DNA from: Candidatus Eiseniibacteriota bacterium
GTDB taxonomy: Bacteria > Eisenbacteria > RBG-16-71-46 > JABDJR01 > JAWXBZ01
Direction of reading: 5' to 3'
Assembly (NCBI GenBank): GCA_034440375.1
Contig: JAWXBZ010000101.1
Coordinates: 1-21,761 of the forward strand
DNA: 21,761 bases
The position numbers and the translations under genes were made by a program. The notes beneath the pieces were generated by a model. That model did not search any database, had not been told where the DNA came from, and saw nothing but the letters and a program-made list of their open reading frames with translations. Positions 7,080 to 15,462 of this stretch are shown here, piece after piece (position 1 is the stretch's first letter; every line of letters starts with the position of its first letter).

Positions 7080-8033
7080 TTGATGAGCCGCGTCCTGCTG
7101 GTCTTCATTGATGGCATCGGGATCGGTCGGCCAGATCCGTCGGTAAACCCGATGGCCGGGCTTGACGTGCTCGGCAACACGCTTCCGCCAGGGTGGGAAC
7201 CGCCGGTCGGGGGTGGACGGCCGGACACGCTCCCGGAATTGCGGCGCGAAGTCCCGTTGCCGGCCGGGGGAATCGCCCGTTCCACCGACGCCTCGCTTGG
7301 CATGCCCGGCCTGCCACAGAGCGCCACCGGCCAGACGACACTGTTCACCGGCATCAACGCGGCGGAGCAGCTGGGGCACCATCTTTACGGCTATCCCGGG
7401 CCGACCCTCCGCCGAATCCTGGTCGAACATTCAATTCTGAAGCGCGCCAGGGCCATGAATCTTCGGGCGGCCTTCCTGAACGCCTACCGCCCCCTGTTTT
7501 TCGAACTGGGCGAGGCCATCTGGGATCGGCCGATGAGCGCTTCCAGCTGGAACAACCGTGCGGCCGGCCTGCCATTCATGACGTTGGACGACGTGCACGG
7601 CCGACGGGCTCTGTACCACGATTTTACGAATCAGGAACCGATCGAGAAGGGTTTTGGCTTGCCAGGGTGGTCGCCGGAAGAGGCGGGCGAAGTCCTCGCC
7701 GAGGCGGCGGGTCAGCACGACCTGGCCATTTACGAGTACTTCCTGACCGACAGGGTCGGGCATACTGGCGATCTGGCCAGGGCCCGATCGGTCGTCGAAC
7801 CTCTTGATCGATTCCTGGTAGCCGCCGTCAAGGCCGCCAACCTCACGGAGCAGACAATCGTTGTGACGAGCGACCATGGAAACCTGGACGACATGAGCCG
7901 GAAGACGCATACGTTGAATCCGGTCCCGACGCTGGTCTGGGGCCCCGATGCCGCCGGGCTTGCGGAGCGACTTCCACGGTTGGAGGACTTTGCCGGGGCA
8001 TTGCTCGACCAGGTCGGGGTCAAGGGCGGATGA
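7080..8033 (+). CDS. Alkaline phosphatase superfamily metalloenzyme (cofactor-independent phosphoglycerate mutase/phosphopentomutase-like)
   Basis: FIDGIG, GLPQSATGQT (catalytic Ser), TDRVGH, TSDHGN and HTLNPVP motifs; AGGAG RBS; the start is either TTG 7080 or ATG 7083. Confidence 0.85.
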   Translation: MMSRVLLVFIDGIGIGRPDPSVNPMAGLDVLGNTLPPGWEPPVGGGRPDTLPELRREVPLPAGGIARSTDASLGMPGLPQSATGQTTLFTGINAAEQLGHHLYGYPGPTLRRILVEHSILKRARAMNLRAAFLNAYRPLFFELGEAIWDRPMSASSWNNRAAGLPFMTLDDVHGRRALYHDFTNQEPIEKGFGLPGWSPEEAGEVLAEAAGQHDLAIYEYFLTDRVGHTGDLARARSVVEPLDRFLVAAVKAANLTEQTIVVTSDHGNLDDMSRKTHTLNPVPTLVWGPDAAGLAERLPRLEDFAGALLDQVGVKGG

Positions 8034-8935
8034 CCCGATCCCTCTTGCTGCCGGCCGGCCTCTTCCTGTTGGCCCTCACCGGATGCGCGGGCTCCGAAGC
8101 GATGACGGCCGCCGGCAGGAGAGGCGGGGGTTCGACCGTGCTGACCTCCGCCCGACACGCCGATACGCCGCCGATTCCGACAAGCCCGATTGCCGTCACG
8201 CTGACGGCATTGAACGACACCGTGGTGGCGCACCAGACCGCCTGGATTGAAGTTCGCATCAAGAACAACGGCGCCGGCGGCCTTGACGTGCCGAATCGGG
8301 CGCGCCACCTGGTTGCAGACTGGCGATTCGAGGATGGGCAGGGGCGTCCGAAGCACGAGTGGCAGGGCCGGGAGGAACTGGAGAAAGCCCCCGTACTCCG
8401 GCTCGGTCCGGGCGAGACGCTGTACGAGGTCATCTCGCTCGAAAGCAGCTTCGGCGTGCTGACGGAGCCGGGAACCATCCGCGCGTGGTGTCGCGTACGC
8501 GGGGAGATGTCGCCGCCGATCGAGGTGAGTCGCGTGGCCACCACTGCTGACGCGCGGCCCTCGATCCTTCGCGACTCGGGCCCGCTCCTCGGCACCCGGG
8601 CCCGGGACAACATCCAGGTCAAGCTCTGGTCCGCGTGTGCCGGGAACGGCAAGGAATGGTTCGACTGCGACGAGGCTCTCTACACGGTGGCCTGGGACCG
8701 GATGCAGGGAGCACCGCTCGAGGCGCAGGCCATCGTCGACACGCTGATCGCCCGGCATCCCACCAGCGGCTGGTGCCGCCCGGCCATCCACGATCTTCTG
8801 GAACGCCTGCCCGAAGCCGCCGGCCGCCGGTGGATCGAGGCCGTCATCGATCGCCACCCCGGCGGCGTGGCCGAACGCTACGCCGACGAAATGCTCCGCC
8901 GCGCCGGATTCGGCCAGCTGCCGGCAGCACGGTAG
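8030..8935 (+). CDS. Hypothetical lipoprotein
   Basis: Lipobox LTGC after a hydrophobic stretch; ATGA overlap with the upstream gene; beta-rich N-terminal half and helical C-terminal half. Confidence 0.75.
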   Translation: MTRSLLLPAGLFLLALTGCAGSEAMTAAGRRGGGSTVLTSARHADTPPIPTSPIAVTLTALNDTVVAHQTAWIEVRIKNNGAGGLDVPNRARHLVADWRFEDGQGRPKHEWQGREELEKAPVLRLGPGETLYEVISLESSFGVLTEPGTIRAWCRVRGEMSPPIEVSRVATTADARPSILRDSGPLLGTRARDNIQVKLWSACAGNGKEWFDCDEALYTVAWDRMQGAPLEAQAIVDTLIARHPTSGWCRPAIHDLLERLPEAAGRRWIEAVIDRHPGGVAERYADEMLRRAGFGQLPAAR

Positions 8936-8958
8936 GTCAACGGGTCACGAGGGACGTG

Positions 8959-9007
8959 TTGCCGGCACCAGGCGGATGACGTACAATTTCATTGTGTTTG
9001 TACGTCA
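8959..9007 (+). promoter_or_regulatory. Toxin-antitoxin promoter with an overlapping autorepression operator
   Basis: TTGCCG (8959-8964), 17-nt spacer, TACAAT (8982-8987); perfect 10-bp inverted repeat TGACGTACAA-N11-TTGTACGTCA (8977-9007) covers the -10. Confidence 0.75.
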
Positions 9008-9024
9008 GAAGTGGAGGAATCGCC

Positions 9025-9261
9025 ATGAATACCAAGCTGACTCTTCGCCTTTCCGAATCCCTCATTCAACGGGCCAAGTCATTGGCCCGACTGCGGGGTA
9101 AATCGGTTTCCCAGCTGGTCAGCGACTATTTCAACGCTTTGGAGGGAGGCGAGCCGGGCGACGCAATGTCACCGAAGGTGCGGGCCCTGCGAGGTGCGCT
9201 TCGAGGCGCAAAGCTTGATCGCCTTGATTATCGAAAGCACCTGGAAAAGAAGTACCGGTGA
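9025..9261 (+). CDS. Ribbon-helix-helix antitoxin (DUF6364-like)
   Basis: MNTKLTLRL...AK..A...GKSVSQLV.DYF pattern; GGAGG RBS before ATG 9025; GTGA overlap with the PIN gene. Confidence 0.85.
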   Translation: MNTKLTLRLSESLIQRAKSLARLRGKSVSQLVSDYFNALEGGEPGDAMSPKVRALRGALRGAKLDRLDYRKHLEKKYR

Positions 9262-9686
9262 AATTTCTCTTCGATGCCGACGTGATTCTCGACCTGCTGC
9301 TCGATCGTCGGCCACACGCGCTGCCCGCCGCGGAACTGCTGTCCCGCGTGGAACGAAGCGAAATCGCCGGTTGCCTGTGCGCCACGGCTGTCACGAACAT
9401 CCACTACCTGGCGCAAAAGGCGGTCGGCGCCACGAAAGCAAGGCAACATGTCCGGATGCTGCTCTCGCTCCTTGAGGTGGCGCCGGTGGGCCGACCAGTT
9501 CTCGAAGATGCCCTGACACTTGGCTTTCGGGACTTTGAGGATGCCGTGACACACGAGTCCGCCCGGCTGGCCGGCGCGGACGGAATCGTCACCCGGAACG
9601 GCCGGGACTATCTTCGGGCCACCATCCCCGTCCATTCCCCGGCTGATGCTATTGCGTTGCTGAATTCCGCCTCGGGCCGGAACTGA
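9258..9686 (+). CDS. PIN-domain (VapC-like) ribonuclease toxin
   Basis: FDADVILD, DFEDA and IVTRN.RDY PIN motifs; 142 aa; directly downstream of the antitoxin. Confidence 0.9.
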   Translation: MKFLFDADVILDLLLDRRPHALPAAELLSRVERSEIAGCLCATAVTNIHYLAQKAVGATKARQHVRMLLSLLEVAPVGRPVLEDALTLGFRDFEDAVTHESARLAGADGIVTRNGRDYLRATIPVHSPADAIALLNSASGRN

Positions 9687-10326
9687 CCGGCACCGGTACG
9701 GCATCCACGACATGATCCAGAAACCAGCGGTGGATCGTCGGCTCGGAGGTCATTTCCGGGTGGAAGGTCATGACCAGGACGCGCCCCTGCCGGGCGGCGA
9801 TCGCCTCGCCATCGTAGCGGAGCGGGACGGAAACATCGGGACCGACTCGTGAAATGCGGGGCGCCCGGATGAAGACGAGGCGCAGCACTTCGCCTGGCGT
9901 CAAGCCCGGCGACTCGGGGGACTTCCCGGTATCCGCCTCCGCCCCCCACGCCGCCGATGGCACCTCTGTCTCGAATGAATCAAGCTGGCGTCCCCAGCCG
10001 TTTCGGACGACGTCAATGTCGATGAGGCCGAGCGACTCCTGCACGGGTCCGATCACCTGGCGGGCCAGCAGAATGAGACCCGCGCAGGTACCCCAGAGCG
10101 CGCCGCCCCGCCCGTGAAAATCGCGGAGCGCTTCCCACAGTCCGTTTTCCTTGAGGATGCGGATGTGAGCGCCACTCTCGCCGCCGGGCAGAATCAGTCC
10201 GTCCAGTCCGTCCAGTTCAGCCGGTGTCCGGACCTCCCGGCCGTCAATGCCGAGGCGCTGGAGGCTGACCAGGTGAGCCTGGTAATCCCCCTGGACCGCC
10301 AGGACGCCAATGCACGACGACGCCAT
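9649..10326 (-). CDS. pdxT: PLP synthase glutaminase subunit
   Basis: GVLAVQG, LPGGES, GTCAGLILLA, RNGWGRQLDSFE, FIRAP and FHPE motifs; follows pdxS. Confidence 0.95.
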   Translation of the reverse strand: MASSCIGVLAVQGDYQAHLVSLQRLGIDGREVRTPAELDGLDGLILPGGESGAHIRILKENGLWEALRDFHGRGGALWGTCAGLILLARQVIGPVQESLGLIDIDVVRNGWGRQLDSFETEVPSAAWGAEADTGKSPESPGLTPGEVLRLVFIRAPRISRVGPDVSVPLRYDGEAIAARQGRVLVMTFHPEMTSEPTIHRWFLDHVVDAVPVPVSSGPRRNSATQ

Positions 10327-10334
10327 GACGACGA

Positions 10335-11216
10335 TTACCAGCCCCGGGTCTGGAGCAGCTCACTTTCCGGCAGCTTCGAGATGTCGAGACCGGGCATGGC
10401 ATCGCCCAGCTCTTCGGAAACCTGGGCGATCTTGGCCGCATCCTGGTAGTGAGTCGTGGCCAGAACGATGGCCCGGGCACGCAGCGCCGGATCATTCGAT
10501 TTGAAGATGCCGCTGCCGACGAAGACCGCCTCGGCACCGAGCTGCATCATGAGGGCGGCGTCGGCCGGTGTGGCCACGCCGCCGGCGGCGAAGTTCGGAA
10601 CGGGAAGCTTGCCGTTTTCGGCCACCCACCGCACGAGTTCGTACGGGGCACCCAGTTCCTTGGCCTCGGCCATCAATTCATCGCTTCGCATGCCATGCAG
10701 TTTGCGCATGTGGGCCTGCACCTCACGCATGTGCCGCACGGCTTCCACGATGTTTCCTGAACCGGCTTCACCCTTGGTGCGGATCATGGCCGCGCCCTCG
10801 CCGATGCGGCGCAGCGCCTCGCCCAGGTTGCGGCAGCCGCAGACGAACGGCGTCTTGAAACCGAACTTGTCGATATGGAAGCGATCATCGGCCGGCGTCA
10901 GGACCTCGCTCTCGTCGATGTAGTCGACACCGAGCGATTCCAGCACCTGGGCCTCAACGAAATGGCCGATGCGGACCTTGGCCATGACCGGAATCGACAC
11001 GGTGGCCATGATCTCCTTGATGACTTTGACGTTTGACATGCGTGCCACACCGCCTTCCTTGCGGATGTCGGCAGGGACACGCTCGAGCGCCATGACGCTG
11101 ACGGCTCCGGCCTCTTCGGCGATACGGGCCTGCTCGGCGTTGGTGACATCCATGATGACGCCACCCTTGAGCATCTCGGCCAGGCCAGTCTTGAGTCTGA
11201 GTGTGTATTCCTTCAT
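10335..11216 (-). CDS. pdxS: PLP synthase lyase subunit
   Basis: [44 protein letters not shown] and [15 protein letters not shown]; start corrected to ATG 11216 with a GAGGAGG RBS. Confidence 0.97.
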   Translation of the reverse strand: MKEYTLRLKTGLAEMLKGGVIMDVTNAEQARIAEEAGAVSVMALERVPADIRKEGGVARMSNVKVIKEIMATVSIPVMAKVRIGHFVEAQVLESLGVDYIDESEVLTPADDRFHIDKFGFKTPFVCGCRNLGEALRRIGEGAAMIRTKGEAGSGNIVEAVRHMREVQAHMRKLHGMRSDELMAEAKELGAPYELVRWVAENGKLPVPNFAAGGVATPADAALMMQLGAEAVFVGSGIFKSNDPALRARAIVLATTHYQDAAKIAQVSEELGDAMPGLDISKLPESELLQTRGW

Positions 11217-11226
11217 GTCATCCTCC

Positions 11227-12762
11227 TCAAACCGGTGGAGCACCGGCCACAGCCAGGCGGCGTCCGGAAGCCTTCTGCGCACGCAGGATGTCATCCCGCA
11301 CCGCTTTGGCCAGGCGTCGGACGCCTTCCTGGATCTGATCAACCTTTGAATTGCCGAAGGAAAGGCGGAGCAACCCTTTCTCTCCCGACAGCGAGAAAAC
11401 CCTTCCGGGCGTATAAAGAACGCCGAGCTCGGCGGCATGGGTGAGCAGCTCCGCCGAGTCCATCTGTGCGGGCAGCTTGACCACCAGCGAGAATCCTCCC
11501 GCCGGCTTCGTCCAGTGAACCCCCTCGGGCATTTCCTTCTGGAGGGCTTTCAACAGTGTGTCGCGACGCTTGCGGTACTCGGCGCAGACGAGGGCGGCAT
11601 GGCGCTGCAGCCGCTTCCCCTGGGCAAAGCGGACCATCGCCGCCTGGAAAAGTAGTGACGTGGAGAGATCAGCGGCCTGCTTGGCGGCAGCCAGCCGTTC
11701 GATGACCTGGGCCGGGGCCACGACCCAGCCGAGCCGAATCCCCGGGAAGAGCATCTTGGAAAAGGTACCGGTATAGATGACGTCGCGCCCCTCGGGCAGC
11801 CCCTTGAGCGGCGGGAGGTTATCGCCGTCGTACAGCAGGTCGCCGTCGAAATCGTCCTCGAGGACCGGCACATTGCGGTCGGCGCAGAGCTGAACCAGTC
11901 GGCGGCGGCGTTCCAGCGTCATGCTGACGCCGGTCGGGTTCTGAAACGTCGGCATCGTGTACAGGAACTTCGGACGCTCATGCGCCAGGATGCGCTCGAG
12001 GGCGTCCACATTGAGGCCATGGTCGTCCACCGGAACGGGGATGATGCGCGCCCGGAGCGTGCGGAAGAGATTCAGCGCCCCGTAGTAGGTCGGGTCCTCG
12101 ACCAGGATGGAATCGCCCGGCGCCACCAGTGTGCGCGAGATGAGGTCGATTCCCTGCTGGCTGCCGTTCACGATCAGGATTTCATCCGGCGTGGCCCCCA
12201 CGCCCCGCTCCACCAGGTAGTGGCGCAGAAATTCAATGAACGGACGATGACCCGCGGTGGTGCCGTACATCAGGAGCCTGGAGCCCTCTTCCTTCAGCGC
12301 CCGATTGAGCGCCAGCCGAAACTCGTCGGTTGGAAAGAGCGAGGAGTCGGGAACGCCCCCCGCAAACGAGATCATCCCCTCGCGCTGTGCCCACCGTGTG
12401 ATTTGCGGCGTCAGTGGATCCATGTCCTTCAGCGGATCCTGGGCATACAGCTCCTGCCAGCGGATGGCGCCGGCCGCCGGACGCGGCGAGCGCTGGCTCG
12501 CACCAAGGACGCTGTTCAGCTGGTCTCGGTTGGCCACGAAGGTACCCCGACCCACATGCCGGTACAGGAGGCCGTCGGCCACCAGTTCGTCATAGGCGGT
12601 CGTGATGGTGCCGCGGTTCAAACTCAGGTCAGTAGCCAGGACGCGACTGGCGGGAAGTTCGTCCCCGGGGTTCAGGACGCCTTCGACAATCAACCTCTCC
12701 AGGGCACCCTTGACCTGCTCGTACAATGGATCTCGGGAGTCACGATCTATCAGGATTCTCAT
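11227..12762 (-). CDS. pdxR: MocR/GabR-family PLP-dependent transcriptional regulator (PdxR-like)
   Basis: N-terminal GntR winged helix (PLYEQ...LPASR.LA..L.LNRGT...AY..L...G) plus an aminotransferase-like domain ([22 protein letters not shown]); directly upstream of pdxST; GGAGG RBS before ATG 12762. The symbol is inferred from gene context. Confidence 0.85.
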   Translation of the reverse strand: MRILIDRDSRDPLYEQVKGALERLIVEGVLNPGDELPASRVLATDLSLNRGTITTAYDELVADGLLYRHVGRGTFVANRDQLNSVLGASQRSPRPAAGAIRWQELYAQDPLKDMDPLTPQITRWAQREGMISFAGGVPDSSLFPTDEFRLALNRALKEEGSRLLMYGTTAGHRPFIEFLRHYLVERGVGATPDEILIVNGSQQGIDLISRTLVAPGDSILVEDPTYYGALNLFRTLRARIIPVPVDDHGLNVDALERILAHERPKFLYTMPTFQNPTGVSMTLERRRRLVQLCADRNVPVLEDDFDGDLLYDGDNLPPLKGLPEGRDVIYTGTFSKMLFPGIRLGWVVAPAQVIERLAAAKQAADLSTSLLFQAAMVRFAQGKRLQRHAALVCAEYRKRRDTLLKALQKEMPEGVHWTKPAGGFSLVVKLPAQMDSAELLTHAAELGVLYTPGRVFSLSGEKGLLRLSFGNSKVDQIQEGVRRLAKAVRDDILRAQKASGRRLAVAGAPPV

Positions 12763-12795
12763 GACGGAAGAACCTCCGGCGCTTGAGTTGACGAA

Positions 12796-12912
12796 CCCAA
12801 TGATATCGTTTGGATAGCCTGGAGGAAGATCCAATTCGCATAATTTGTGGTCCAATTAGTCTAATATTGATCCAATTTATTCCATATTTGTGTATTAATT
12901 GATCATATTGGA
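12796..12912. promoter_or_regulatory. AT-rich promoter region with repeated TCCAAT motifs, probable MocR/PdxR operator array
   Basis: TCCAATT direct repeats at 12830, 12851 and 12871; inverted ATTGGA at 12907; weaker copies CCCAAT at 12796 and TTTGGA at 12809. Confidence 0.65.
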
Positions 12913-12918
12913 CTGATA

Positions 12919-13368
12919 CTAAAAAGGGCGGTCCAAGACCCAGCGCAGGATCTGCCAGCTAAGCCAGATTCCAAGGCCGGCGATCACGATCACGAAGAGG
13001 GCCGCCGAAAGGACCACGATCCGGTCGATGGTGCGGGGTGGTTCGATGCCGTGGGCGTGCCGCTTCAAGAGTTCGAGATTGCGCTGATTCGACTTGAAAA
13101 CGGCGTCTCCGATGTCGCCGAAGAATGGAACGGCGCCGATGGCCAGGTCGAGAAGGATATTGAGGAGCATGCGGCCGATGATGGTGCCCGGCACGCGCTG
13201 CCGACTTGCTGCGACCAGGAGCAGCAGCGAGACCCCCGCGGTGACGAAATCACCCAGCCCCGGCACGAGGCCGATGACGGCATCGAGTCCGAAGCGCCAG
13301 CGAGTGCCGGGGATCCGAAACGCGCTGTCGAGTAGTTGAACCAGTCGCTCGATGTTACGGGTATTCAG
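12919..13368 (-). CDS. DUF4112-family membrane protein, probable CTG start
   Basis: The reading frame extends upstream of GTG 13266 with family-typical LLDSAFRIPGT.WRFGLDA.IGLVPG.GD; later RMLLNILLD..IGAVPFFGDIGD.VFKSN.RN..LL; the most plausible upstream start is CTG 13368-13366, overlapping the preceding TGA. Confidence 0.8.
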   Translation of the reverse strand: MNTRNIERLVQLLDSAFRIPGTRWRFGLDAVIGLVPGLGDFVTAGVSLLLLVAASRQRVPGTIIGRMLLNILLDLAIGAVPFFGDIGDAVFKSNQRNLELLKRHAHGIEPPRTIDRIVVLSAALFVIVIAGLGIWLSWQILRWVLDRPF

Positions 13369-13628
13369 GCCACGCTCTTGGGGGAACGGTTGAACATCAA
13401 ACGGTACAGCGCCAGCAGGATGACGGCGCCGATTACCGACATCAGGAAACCGGCCGCCTCACCCTCCTCGTAGAAGTTGGGCGCCTTGCCGATGATCGTC
13501 CCGACGAACGATCCGGCGATGCCGAGCAGGATGGTGACAATCCAGTTGCCCGGGTCCTTCCCCGGCATGACCAGTTTGGCAACGGCGCCGATTACCAGGC
13601 CGATGATGATCGTGTAAAGGAGCTCCAT
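13365..13628 (-). CDS. GlsB/YeaQ/YmgE-family (transglycosylase-associated) small membrane protein
   Basis: IIIGLVIGAVAKLVMPGKDPG...TILLGIAGS.VG...S.IGA.ILL..YR pattern; GGAG lies 9 nt before ATG 13628 (alternative start 13637). Confidence 0.9.
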   Translation of the reverse strand: MELLYTIIIGLVIGAVAKLVMPGKDPGNWIVTILLGIAGSFVGTIIGKAPNFYEEGEAAGFLMSVIGAVILLALYRLMFNRSPKSVA

Positions 13629-13778
13629 GATACCCATCTCCAAATACCGCCGGAAAGGAACTTTCCGGCGGCGCACGTAAGACATCGTCGGCACTTAGCC
13701 GAAGAACACCCCGAACCAGTAAGCAACTTATCACGCTCCCGAATCGAATCACTCCTTTCTTTTCGATTGCCCCCGGAA

Positions 13779-13791
13779 AATCAACGACTTA
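13779..13791 (+). promoter_or_regulatory. IHF-binding consensus site
   Basis: AATCAACGACTTA is an exact match to WATCAANNNNTTR, 16 nt upstream of the sigma54 motif. Confidence 0.7.
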
Positions 13792-13807
13792 CACATCCAC
13801 CGAAAAT

Positions 13808-13822
13808 TGGCATGACCCATGC
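13808..13822 (+). promoter_or_regulatory. Sigma54 (-24/-12) promoter
   Basis: TGGCATGACCCATGC versus consensus TGGCACGNNNNTTGC: invariant GG and GC at the correct spacing with two mismatches. Confidence 0.7.
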
Positions 13823-13890
13823 AATTGACAGGCCTTGTCTCGTCGCGACGAGGCGCTCCCCCTCAACCAATCCCCCGGGAGTACCAGATC

Positions 13891-14271
13891 ATGTCTCGGT
13901 TCCAGATGTTCCAGGCCACGATCCTGACAGCCACCCTCACCCTGGTTGTGCTCGGAGCGGCCACCATCCACCCGCCCGCGGCAGGTGCCCGACGGGCTCC
14001 AGCCGTTGCCCAGAACGCCGGTACGACCGCTGAAACGCCGGCGATGGCTTCCGCTCGGAAGGCGCCCCCATCCGACTCCGTCCAGCCGAATCTTTTCGGC
14101 GGTTGGTGGAAGAAGTTCAAGAAGATCTTCATGCTGCTCATCGATTTCATCGACGCGCTGATCGACAACACGAAGGAGTTGATCACGGACGCCGGCCCGA
14201 CCGGCTCCTTCCGGCCCGATCGCTGGTCGCCGACACGGCCGAATTTCCCGGATCCGTTTCCCCAGGCGTAA
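13891..14271 (+). CDS. Small secreted protein (126 aa) with a cationic amphipathic helix, function unknown
   Basis: GGGAG RBS; hydrophobic N-terminal signal-like segment; Ala/Pro-rich linker; GGWWKKFKKIFMLLIDFIDALIDNTKELI; Pro-rich tail. Confidence 0.7.
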   Translation: MSRFQMFQATILTATLTLVVLGAATIHPPAAGARRAPAVAQNAGTTAETPAMASARKAPPSDSVQPNLFGGWWKKFKKIFMLLIDFIDALIDNTKELITDAGPTGSFRPDRWSPTRPNFPDPFPQA

Positions 14272-14307
14272 ACCGGGCGACGTCGGGCGGGCCACGACTG
14301 GCGCTGA

Positions 14308-15264
14308 CTACTCCAGGCCCAGTCGTCGGATCTTGAGGCGAAGGCCCGGCGCCGAAAGTCCCAGGTTCGCCGCGGCGCGCGTCTTGTTGCCGGCAGCGGA
14401 CACCAGGGCCCTCACAATCTCACGCCTTTCCAGATCATCCACCTTGTCGCGAAGCGATGAAGTCGGTTCAGACCCCTGCGAGGCCGCGGTCGGCAACGAT
14501 GTCCCGTCCAGTTGCTCGATCACGGCCTCCAGGGTGATTCGCCCGTGTACCGGCGCCAGCCAGGCCACGGTTTCCACCACGCTCCGAAGCTGGCGGATGT
14601 TGCCGGGCCATGGGTGCCCGACAAGACGGGCCATGGCCCGGTGCTCGAACCGAAGCTCGATGCCCCGTACGGCGGCCGAGGCCGCCAGAAACTGATGGGC
14701 CAGGTGCGCGATGCGGTGAGGACGGTCCCGCAGGGCCGGCACGACCAGAGTGACCTGTGCCAACCGGTAGTGAAGATCCGCGCGGAATCGATGCTCGCGC
14801 ACGTCGTCGCCCAGATTCCTGTTGGTGGCCGAAATCACCCGGCCATGGAATTGGCGATCGATCGTTTCACCAAGGCGTCGATACAGGCCACCGTCCAGCA
14901 CCATGAGGAGTTTGGCCTGCGCCACCATGGACAGTTCGCCCACCTCGTTCAGAAACAGCGTGCCACCACTGGCTCGCTCCAGGAGGCCGGCCCGGTCGTT
15001 CAGGGCGCCGGTAAAGGCCCCGCGCCGCGCGCCGAACATCTCTCCCTCGAACAGATCATCCGGCAGGTTGGCGGAATTTACCTCGACGAAGGACTTTCCA
15101 CGGGCCCCGGCATCGGCCCGGAACAGCTCCGCCAAGTGGTTTTTACCGGTACCGGTTTCGCCGGTCAGCAGCACCCGGAGCGGCGTGGCCAGGAGCCGGC
15201 GCACCGAGTGCTCCGGTTCCCCCACCGCGATATCCGTATCCGCGACCAGTCGGGACAATGACAT
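14308..15264 (-). CDS. Sigma54-dependent enhancer-binding protein (AAA+ and Fis-type HTH) without an N-terminal sensory domain
   Basis: GETGTGK (Walker A), EMFG...[14 protein letters not shown] (Walker B variant), [27 protein letters not shown] and [16 protein letters not shown]; the start is uncertain (ATG 15264 chosen). Confidence 0.9.
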   Translation of the reverse strand: MSLSRLVADTDIAVGEPEHSVRRLLATPLRVLLTGETGTGKNHLAELFRADAGARGKSFVEVNSANLPDDLFEGEMFGARRGAFTGALNDRAGLLERASGGTLFLNEVGELSMVAQAKLLMVLDGGLYRRLGETIDRQFHGRVISATNRNLGDDVREHRFRADLHYRLAQVTLVVPALRDRPHRIAHLAHQFLAASAAVRGIELRFEHRAMARLVGHPWPGNIRQLRSVVETVAWLAPVHGRITLEAVIEQLDGTSLPTAASQGSEPTSSLRDKVDDLERREIVRALVSAAGNKTRAAANLGLSAPGLRLKIRRLGLE

Positions 15265-15404
15265 GCTGACCACCACGGACGTGACTCGGGGAACGTGAGC
15301 GGGTTTGAGTCCGCACGACTCCAGTCTGCCGCCACACATTGCCGAGTCGTCAAGGACAAACCACCGGGGAGGCGTTCCTCAATTGCCCGTCCCCGCGTCC
15401 TGCC

Positions 15405-15413
15405 TGCTAGAAT
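15405..15413 (+). promoter_or_regulatory. Extended -10 promoter element upstream of acs
   Basis: TGC-TAGAAT (TGn-TAnnnT) about 50 nt upstream of the acs start codon. Confidence 0.45.
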
Positions 15414-15462
15414 TCGGCAATTCAAACGATTCGATCCTGATGGCCTCCGTGGAGGATGTTTC

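Noticed and set aside
8936-9700. TA module as part of an IS, prophage or integron
   Set aside because: No transposase, integrase, terminal inverted repeats or attC-like structure was recognised in the window.
11217-11438. Long N-terminal extension of pdxS in the ORF track, and likewise for pdxR (12855), acs (15295), the antitoxin (8992) and the YeaQ-like gene (13694)
   Set aside because: Downstream ATGs have clear RBSs and match where family similarity begins; the extensions overlap other genes or promoters.
12826-12912. AT-rich repeat region as a CRISPR remnant or replication origin
   Set aside because: The repeats are only 6-7 bp with about 20-bp spacing, no DnaA boxes or cas genes were seen, and a MocR operator explains them better.
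13647-13671. 11-bp inverted repeat as an intrinsic terminator
   Set aside because: It lies between divergent genes with no gene ending there and has no clear U-tract; a protein-binding dyad or a 5' UTR stem fits better.
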